Assembly: GCA_965235115.1 (NCBI GenBank)
Contig: OZ249436.1
Span: forward strand, 24,616,001 to 24,680,000
Direction of reading: 5' to 3'
From: Laetmonice hystrix
Lineage: Eukaryota
DNA: 64,000 nt
Made by a program: the position numbers and the translations under genes. This document shows, piece after piece, positions 54,901 to 64,000 of this stretch. A model generated the notes under the pieces. That model saw only the letters and a list, made by a program, of their open reading frames with translations, made no database searches and was not told the DNA's origin. Positions within the stretch are counted from its first letter, which is position 1. The number at the start of each line of letters is the position of its first letter.

Positions 54901-57900
54901 TTTTAAAAAGTCACAGAACCCCAATCCGGCCCTAATATGTCACTCCCAGTACCAATAGACGCTGGAAGCACCATCAACTGAAATTCAGGCCTAGAACCCA
55001 CCTCTCTCTACCAATATCATGCACCTAGTCCGTATACGAGGTTGTAATTTCCTTTAATCAACGGGCTGCGCCGCAGCAACCCACTCTGGTCTTTGCAATC
55101 TTTTTCAATATGCGTTAACATTTGTGACCAGCTCAACGCGCCTTGTAAAATTTTTCAAAGTGCGTAAAAGTGTGTGTCCACCCCGACACGCTTTCCAAAC
55201 CACTATACCCACCGAGCGACATCCACTCAAATACAGGCTTCGACCGATCCTCACTGTGCCAATAATCCGCCACAAGGCAAATTCAGTCAATGCAAGCTGG
55301 AAAATCGAATGTCAAACCTAATGCTCCCCCCCCAGCACGTTAACTGAAAATAATCAACTAGCTTGAAAACTAGAATATAGCTTTGTTTAGCTAACAATCT
55401 ACTCTCCCAGCGCCATCAACTCGCATACAGGCGTAAAAGCAAACGCACTGCCCCATATAATGCTCCCAGCATAAAACGATGTTGCAATTAATTTAAAATT
55501 AACAAGATGCACTAGTAATCCGATCCAAGCCTAATTACGTCATTGCTAGTTTCATAACCAAATCTCACAGAAAATACCCCACCCGCGCACATAACCTGAA
55601 AATATTCAACTTTTATCTCCAATGTATCCCTGTGCACCTAGTAGCACCCAAGCGGGCCCAATTTTGACATTCCAACACAAATACCGCAAATACCCGCCTA
55701 ATGGCACAAAAAACTTTCTACCCCGTTGCAAGTCACATTAGCTTGCTGCTTGTCGTAAAAAATGGTGCAGACCATTTCTAAAGTCACAGTACCCCACTCC
55801 CGGCCTAATATTACGTTTCAGTATCCATATACGCTGCAAGCGGCAGGAACTCGAATACAGGCCTAAAAGTAACCCCAGTCTAGCAATATCATACTCTCAT
55901 GCCATATACGAGCTTGTAATTATCTTTAATTAATGGGCTCCGCAGCACCAACCCACTGCATTAACATTTGTTTAACAGCTTAACACACCTTGTAAAATTT
56001 TTTCAAGTGCGTAAAAATGCGTGTCCACCTCCACATACTTTAAAAATCACTATACCCACCCAGCGACATCCACTCTAATACACGCCTAAAAGGAACTTCA
56101 CTGTCCCATTTGATTCTCCAGCACGTATAGGATGTTTCAAGTAACATTCATCCACGGTCTGGCCCAATAACGTGCAACAAGGCATAGTAAGTCAATGCGA
56201 GCTCGCATGTCAAACCTAACCCGCCCCCAAGCACATGAGCTGAAAATATTCAAATAGCTTGAAAACTAGAATATAGCTTTGCTTAATACCATTATACCAT
56301 CAACTCGCATTACAGGCCTAATGCGAAGCTCCCAGCCTAAAACGAGTTTCCAATTAATTTAAAGTTAACAAGATGCACTAATAATCGATTCCAAGCCTAA
56401 TTAGGCCATTGCTAGTTGGATAACCAAATCTCATACAAAATACACCCTCCCGGCAGATGACCTGAGAATATTCAACTCTTATGTCCGATATATCCCTGTC
56501 CGCTTAGTAGCACCCAGCCGGGCCCCCATTTTGACATTGCAACACCAATACAGCAAGTGCCCAGCTAACAGCACAAATAACAGGATTCAGGGCTTCCTAC
56601 CACGTTACAAGTCACAATAGATTGCTGCCTGTCGTAAAAATATACCAGACCATTTTAAAAAGTCACAGAACCCCAATCCGGCCCTAATATGTCACTCCCA
56701 GTACCAATAGACGCTGGAAGCACCATCAACTGAAATTCAGGCCTAGAACCCACCTCTCTCTACCAATATCATGCACCTAGTCCGTATACGAGGTTGTAAT
56801 TTCCTTTAATCAACGGGCTGCGCCGCAGCAACCCACTCTGGTCTTTGCAATCTTTTTCAATATGCGTTAACATTTGTGACCAGCTCAACGCGCCTTGTAA
56901 AATTTTTCAAAGTGCGTAAAAGTGTGTGTCCACCCCGACACGCTTTCCAAACCACTATACCCACCGAGCGACATCCACTCAAATACAGGCTTCGACCGAT
57001 CCTCACTGTGCCAATAATCCGCCACAAGGCAAATTCAGTCAATGCAAGCTGGAAAATCGAATGTCAAACCTAATGCTCCCCCCCCAGCACGTTAACTGAA
57101 AATAATCAACTAGCTTGAAAACTAGAATATAGCTTTGTTTAGCTAACAATCTACTCTCCCAGCGCCATCAACTCGCATACAGGCGTAAAAGCAAACGCAC
57201 TGCCCCATATAATGCTCCCAGCATAAAACGATGTTGCAATTAATTTAAAATTAACAAGATGCACTAGTAATCCGATCCAAGCCTAATTACGTCATTGCTA
57301 GTTTCATAACCAAATCTCACAGAAAATACCCCACCCGCGCACATAACCTGAAAATATTCAACTTTTATCTCCAATGTATCCCTGTGCACCTAGTAGCACC
57401 CAAGCGGGCCCAATTTTGACATTCCAACACAAATACCGCAAATACCCGCCTAATGGCACAAAAAACTTTCTACCCCGTTGCAAGTCACATTAGCTTGCTG
57501 CTTGTCGTAAAAAATGGTGCAGACCATTTCTAAAGTCACAGTACCCCACTCCCGGCCTAATATTACGTTTCAGTATCCATATACGCTGCAAGCGGCAGGA
57601 ACTCGAATACAGGCCTAAAAGTAACCCCAGTCTAGCAATATCATACTCTCATGCCATATACGAGCTTGTAATTATCTTTAATTAATGGGCTCCGCAGCAC
57701 CAACCCACTGCATTAACATTTGTTTAACAGCTTAACGCACCTTGTAAAAAAATTTTCAAGTGCGTAAAAATGCGTGTCCACCTCCACATACTTTAAAAAT
57801 CACTATACCCACCCAGCGACATTCACTCTAATACACGCCTAAGAGGAACTTCACTGTCCCATTTGATTCTCCAGCACGTATAGGATGTTTCAAGTAACAT

Positions 57901-60900
57901 TCATCCACGGTCTGGCCCAATAACGTGCAACAAGGCATAGTAAGTCAATGCGAGCTCGCATGTCAAACCTAACCCGCCCCCCAGCACATGAGCTGAAAAT
58001 ATTCAAATAGCTTGAAAACTAGAATATAGCTTTGCTTAATACCATTATACCATCAACTCGCATTACAGGCCTAATGCGAAGCTCCCAGCCTAAAACGAGT
58101 TTCCAATTAATTTAAAGTTAACAAGATGCACTAATAATCGATTCCAAGCCTAATTAGGCCATTGCTAGTTGGATAACCAAATCTCATACAAAATACACCC
58201 TCCCGGCAGATGACCTGAGAATATTCAACTCTTATGTCCGATATATCCCTGTCCGCTTTGTAGCACCCAGCCGGGCCCCCATTTTGACATTGCAACACCA
58301 ATACAGCAAGTGCCCAGCTAACAGCACAAATAACAGGATTCAGGGCTTCCTACCACGTTACAAGTCACAATAGATTGCTGCCTGTCGTAAAAATATACCA
58401 GACCATTTTAAAAAGTCACAGAACCCCAATCCGGCCCTAATATGTCACTCCCAGTACCAATACACTCTGGAAGCACCATCAACTGAAATTCAGGCCTAGA
58501 ACCCACCTCTCTCTACCAATATCATGCACCTAGTCCGTATACGAGGTTGTAATTTACTTTAATCAACGGGCTGCGCCGCAGCAACCCACTCTGGTCTTTG
58601 CAATCTTTTTCAATATGCGTTAACATTTGTAACCAGCTCAACGCGCCTTGTAAAATTTTTCAAAGTGCGTAAAAGTGTGTGTCCACCCCGACACGCTTTC
58701 CAAACCACTATACCCACCGAGCGACATCCACTCAAATACAGGCTTCGACCGATCCTCACTGTGCCAATAATCCGCCACAAGGCAAATTCAGTCAATGCAA
58801 GCTGGAAAATCGAATGTCAAACCTAATACTCCCCCCCCCAGCACGTTAACTGAAAATAATCAACTAGCTTGAAAACTAGAATATAGCTTTGTTTAGCTAA
58901 CAATCTACTCTCCCAGCGCCATCAACTCGCATACAGGCGTAAAAGCAAACGCACTGCCCCATATAATGCTCCCAGCCTAAAACGATGTTGCAATTAATTT
59001 AAAATTAACAAGATGCACTAGTAATCCGATCCAAGCTTAATTACGTCATTGCTAGTTTCATAACCAAATCTCACAGAAAATACCCCACCCGGGCACATAA
59101 CCTGAAAATATTCAACTTTTATCTCCAATGTATCCCTGTGCACCTAGTAGCACCCAAGCGGGCCCAATTTTGACATCCCAACACAAATACCGCAAATACC
59201 CGCCTAATGGCACAAAAAACTTTCTACCCCGTTGCAAGTCACATTAGCGTGCTGCTTGTCGTAAAAAATGGTGCAGACCATTTCTAAAGTCACAGTACCC
59301 CACTCCCGGCCTAATATTACGTTTCAGTATCCATATACGCTGCAAGCGGCAGGAACTCGAATACAGGCCTAAAAGTAACCCCAGTCTAGCAATATCATAC
59401 TCTCATGCCATATACGAGCTTGTAATTATCTTTAATTAATGGGCTCCGCAGCAACAACCCACTGCATTAACATTTGTTTAACAGCTTAACGCACCTTGTA
59501 AAAAATTTTCAAGTGCGTAAAAATGCGTGTCCACCTCCACATACTTTAAAAATCACTATACCCACCCAGCGACATTCACTCTAATACACGCCTAAGAGGA
59601 ACTTCACTGTCCCATTTGATTCTCCAGCACGTATAGGATGTTTCAAGTAACATTTATCCACGGTCTGGCCCAATAACGTGCAACAAGGCATAGTAAGTCA
59701 ATGCGACCTCGCATGTCAAACCTAACCCGCCCCCCAGCACATGAGCTGAAAATATTCAAATAGCTTGAAAACTAGAATATAGCTTTGCTTAATACCATTA
59801 TACCATCAACTCGCATTACAGGCCTAATGCGAAGCTCCCAGCCTAAAACGAGTTTCCAATTAATTTAAAGTTAACAAGATGCACTAATAATCGATTCCAA
59901 GCCTAATTAGGCCATTGCTAGTTGGATAACCAAATCTCATACAAAATACACCCTCCCGGCAGATGACCTGAGAATATTCAACTCTTATGTCCGATATATC
60001 CCTGTCCGCTTTGTAGCACCCAGCCGGGCCCCCATTTTGACATTGCAACACCAATACAGCAAGTGCCCAGCTAACAGCACAAATAACAGGATTCAGGGCT
60101 TCCTACCACGTTACAAGTCACAATAGATTGCTGCCTGTCGTAAAAATATACCAGACCATTTTAAAAAGTCACAGAACCCCAATCCGGCCCTAATATGTCA
60201 CTCCCAGTACCAATACACTCTGGAAGCACCATCAACTGAAATTCAGGCCTAGAACCCACCTCTCTCTACCAATATCATGCACCTAGTCCGTATACGAGGT
60301 TGTAATTTACTTTAATCAACGGGCTGCGCCGCAGCAACCCACTCTGGTCTTTGCAATCTTTTTCAATATGCGTTAACATTTGTAACCAGCTCAACGCGCC
60401 TTGTAAAATTTTTCAAAGTGCGTAAAAGTGTGTGTCCACCCCGACACGCTTTCCAAACCACTATACCCACCGAGCGACATCCACTCAAATACAGGCTTCG
60501 ACCGATCCTCACTGTGCCAATAATCCGCCACAAGGCAAATTCAGTCAATGCAAGCTGGAAAATCGAATGTCAAACCTAATACTCCCCCCCCCCCCCAGCA
60601 CGTTAACTGAAAATAATCAACTAGCTTGAAAACTAGAATATAGCTTTGTTTAGCTAACAATCTACTCTCCCAGCGCCATCAACTCGCATACAGGCGTAAA
60701 AGCAAACGCACTGCCCCATATAATGCTCCCAGCCTAAAACGATGTTGCAATTAATTTAAAATTAACAAGATGCACTAGTAATCCGATCCAAGCTTAATTA
60801 CGTCATTGCTAGTTTCATAACCAAATCTCACAGAAAATACCCCACCCGGGCACATAACCTGAAAATATTCAACTTTTATCTCCAATGTATCCCTGTGCAC

Positions 60901-63900
60901 CTAGTAGCACCCAAGCGGGCCCAATTTTGACATCCCAACACAAATACCGCAAATACCCGCCTAATGGCACAAAAAACTTTCTACCCCGTTGCAAGTCACA
61001 TTAGCGTGCTGCTTGTCGTAAAAAATGGTGCAGACCATTTCTAAAGTCACAGTACCCCACTCCCGGCCTAATATTACGTTTCAGTATCCATATACGCTGC
61101 AAGCGGCAGGAACTCGAATACAGGCCTAAAAGTAACCTCAGTCTAGCAATATCATACTCCCATGCCATATACGAGCTTGTAATTATCTTTAATTAATGGG
61201 CTCCGCAGCACCAACCCACTGCATTAACATTTGTTTAACAGCTTAACACACCTTGTAAAATTTTTTCAAGTGCGTAAAAATGCGTGTCCACCTCCACATA
61301 CTTTAAAAATCACTATACCCACCCAGCGACATCCACTCTAATACACGCCTAAAAGGAACTTCACTGTCCCATTTGATTCTCCAGCACGTATAGGATGTTT
61401 CAAGTAACATTCATCCACGGTCTGGCCCAATAACGTGCAACAAGGCATAGTAAGTCAATGCGAGCTCGCATGTCAAACCTAACCCGCCCCCAAGCACATG
61501 AGCTGAAAATATTCAAATAGCTTGAAAACTAGAATATAGCTTTGCTTAATACCATTATACCATCAACTCGCATTACAGGCCTAATGCGAAGCTCCCAGCC
61601 TAAAACGAGTTTCCAATTAATTTAAAGTTAACAAGATGCACTAATAATCGATTCCAAGCCTAATTAGGCCATTGCTAGTTGGATAACCAAATCTCATACA
61701 AAATACACCCTCCCGGCAGATGACCTGAGAATATTCAACTCTTATGTCCGATATATCCCTGTCCGCTTAGTAGCACCCAGCCGGGCCCCCATTTTGACAT
61801 TGCAACACCAATACAGCAAGTGCCCAGCTAACAGCACAAATAACAGGATTCAGGGCTTCCTACCACGTTACAAGTCACAATAGATTGCTGCCTGTCGTAA
61901 AAATATACCAGACCATTTTAAAAAGTCACAGAACCCCAATCCGGCCCTAATATGTCACTCCCAGTACCAATAGACGCTGGAAGCACCATCAACTGAAATT
62001 CAGGCCTAGAACCCACCTCTCTCTACCAATATCATGCACCTAGTCCGTATACGAGGTTGTAATTTCCTTTAATCAACGGGCTGCGCCGCAGCAACCCACT
62101 CTGGTCTTTGCAATCTTTTTCAATATGCGTTAACATTTGTGACCAGCTCAACGCGCCTTGTAAAATTTTTCAAAGTGCGTAAAAGTGTGTGTCCACCCCG
62201 ACACGCTTTCCAAACCACTATACCCACCGAGCGACATCCACTCAAATACAGGCTTCGACCGATCCTCACTGTGCCAATAATCCGCCACAAGGCAAATTCA
62301 GTCAATGCAAGCTGGAAAATCGAATGTCAAACCTAATGCTCCCCCCCAGCACGTTAACTGAAAAAAATCAACTAGCTTGAAAACTAGAATATAGCTTTGT
62401 TTAGCTAACAATCTACTCTCCCAGCGCCATCAACTCGCATACAGGCGTAAAAGCAAACGCACTGCCCCATATAATTCTCCCAGCATAAAACGATGTTGCA
62501 ATTAATTTAAAATTAACAAGATGCACTAGTAATCCGATCCAAGCCTAATTACGTCATTGCTAGTTTCATAACCAAATCTCACAGAAAATACCCCACCCGC
62601 GCACATAACCTGAAAATATTCAACTTTTATCTCCAATGTATCCCTGTGCACCTAGTAGCACCCAAGCGGGCCCAATTTTGACATTCCAACACAAATACCG
62701 CAAATACCCGCCTAATGGCACAAAAAACTTTCTACCCCGTTGCAAGTCACATTAGCTTGCTGCTTGTCGTAAAAAATGGTGCAGACCATTTCTAAAGTCA
62801 CAGTACCCCACTCCCGGCCTAATATTACGTTTCAGTATCCATATACGCTGCAAGCGGCAGGAACTCGAATACAGGCCTAAAAGTAACCCCAGTCTAGCAA
62901 TATCATACTCTCATGCCATATACGAGCTTGTAATTATCTTTAATTAATGGGCTCCGCAGCACCAACCCACTGCATTAACATTTGTTTAACAGCTTAACGC
63001 ACCTTGTAAAAAAATTTTCAAGTGCGTAAAAATGCGTGTCCACCTCCACATACTTTAAAAATCACTATACCCACCCAGCGACATTCACTCTAATACACGC
63101 CTAAGAGGAACTTCACTGTCCCATTTGATTCTCCAGCACGTATAGGATGTTTCAAGTAACATTTATCCACGGTCTGGCCCAATAACGTGCAACAAGGCAT
63201 AGTAAGTCAATGCGAGCTCGCATGTCAAACCTAACCCGCCCCCCAGCACATGAGCTGAAAATATTCAAATAGCTTGAAAACTAGAATATAGCTTTGCTTA
63301 ATACCATTATACCATCAACTCGCATTACAGGCCTAATGCGAAGCTCCCAGCCTAAAACGAGTTTCCAATTAATTTAAAGTTAACAAGATGCACTAATAAT
63401 CGATTCCAAGCCTAATTAGGCCATTGCTAGTTGGATAACCAAATCTCATACAAAATACACCCTCCCGGCAGATGACCTGAGAATATTCAACTCTTATGTC
63501 CGATATATCCCTGTCCGCTTAGTAGCACCCAGCCGGGCCCCCATTTTGACATTGCAACACCAATACAGCAAGTGCCCAGCTAACAGCACAAATAACAGGA
63601 TTCAGGGCTTCCTACCACGTTACAAGTCACAATAGATTGCTGCCTGTCGTAAAAATATACCAGACCATTTTAAAAAGTCACAGAACCCCAATCCGGCCCT
63701 AATATGTCACTCCCAGTACCAATACACGCTGGAAGCACCATCAACTGAAATTCAGGCCTAGAACCCACCTCTCTCTACCAATATCATGCACCTAGTCCGT
63801 ATACGAGGTTGTAATTTACTTTAATCAACGGGCTGCGCCGCAGCAACCCACTCTGGTCTTTGCAATCTTTTTCAATATGCGTTAACATTTGTAACCAGCT

Positions 63901-64000
63901 CAACGCGCCTTGTAAAATTTTTCAAAGTGCGTAAAAGTGTGTGTCCACCCCGACACGCTTTCCAAACCACTATACCCACCGAGCGACATCCACTCAAATA

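Larger units (their letters stand above)
1..64000 (+). repeat. Tandem macrosatellite array, ~1,753-bp unit, 36 full copies plus 1 partial, head-to-tail, extending beyond both window edges
   Basis: The unit-start motif GTAAAA..TTTTCAAGTGCGTAAAAATGCGTGTCC recurs at 1, 1753, 3508, 5263, 7017, 8770, 10522, 12277, 14030, 15783, 17538, 19291, 21045, 22801, 24554, 26306, 28061, 29815, 31568, 33323, 35075, 36827, 38582, 40334, 42090, 43843, 45596, 47353, 48979, 50732, 52485, 54240, 55992, 57744, 59498, 61255 and 63006. The ORF track repeats with the same period. The unit phase is arbitrary, chosen at window position 1. Confidence 0.99.

Noticed and set aside
1..64000. Rolling-circle or concatemer artefact of one 1.75-kb circle, or a CRISPR-like array
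   Set aside because: Copies carry linked multi-SNP haplotypes, shared rare variants and recombinant patterns that copying one template would not produce. There are no unique spacers between repeats.

Overview
The whole 64 kb window is one head-to-tail, non-coding tandem array (macrosatellite) with a unit of about 1,753 bp: 36 complete units plus a partial 37th (63006-64000), all in the same orientation. I found no credible protein-coding gene, RNA gene, transposon or CRISPR array; the short ORFs in the track are the same chance frames repeated once per unit. The array is hierarchical. Each unit is a heterodimer of two diverged, colinear subunits, A (905 bp, e.g. 1-905) and B (847 bp, e.g. 906-1752), about 80% identical by eye, and these retain traces of older, shorter repeats (about 220 bp, possibly about 58 bp). 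Whole units are about 99% identical but fall into recurring SNP haplotype classes in a non-random order. These classes reveal a recent 6-unit (10.52 kb) tandem duplication, a 3-unit block shared across 35 kb, a single-unit duplication, recombinant units and one unit with a 131-bp deletion. Subunit A carries several dyad symmetries that B lacks. The architecture is most consistent with eukaryotic centromeric or heterochromatic satellite DNA, but I do not recognise the family or organism, and function cannot be shown from sequence. All comparisons were done by eye.
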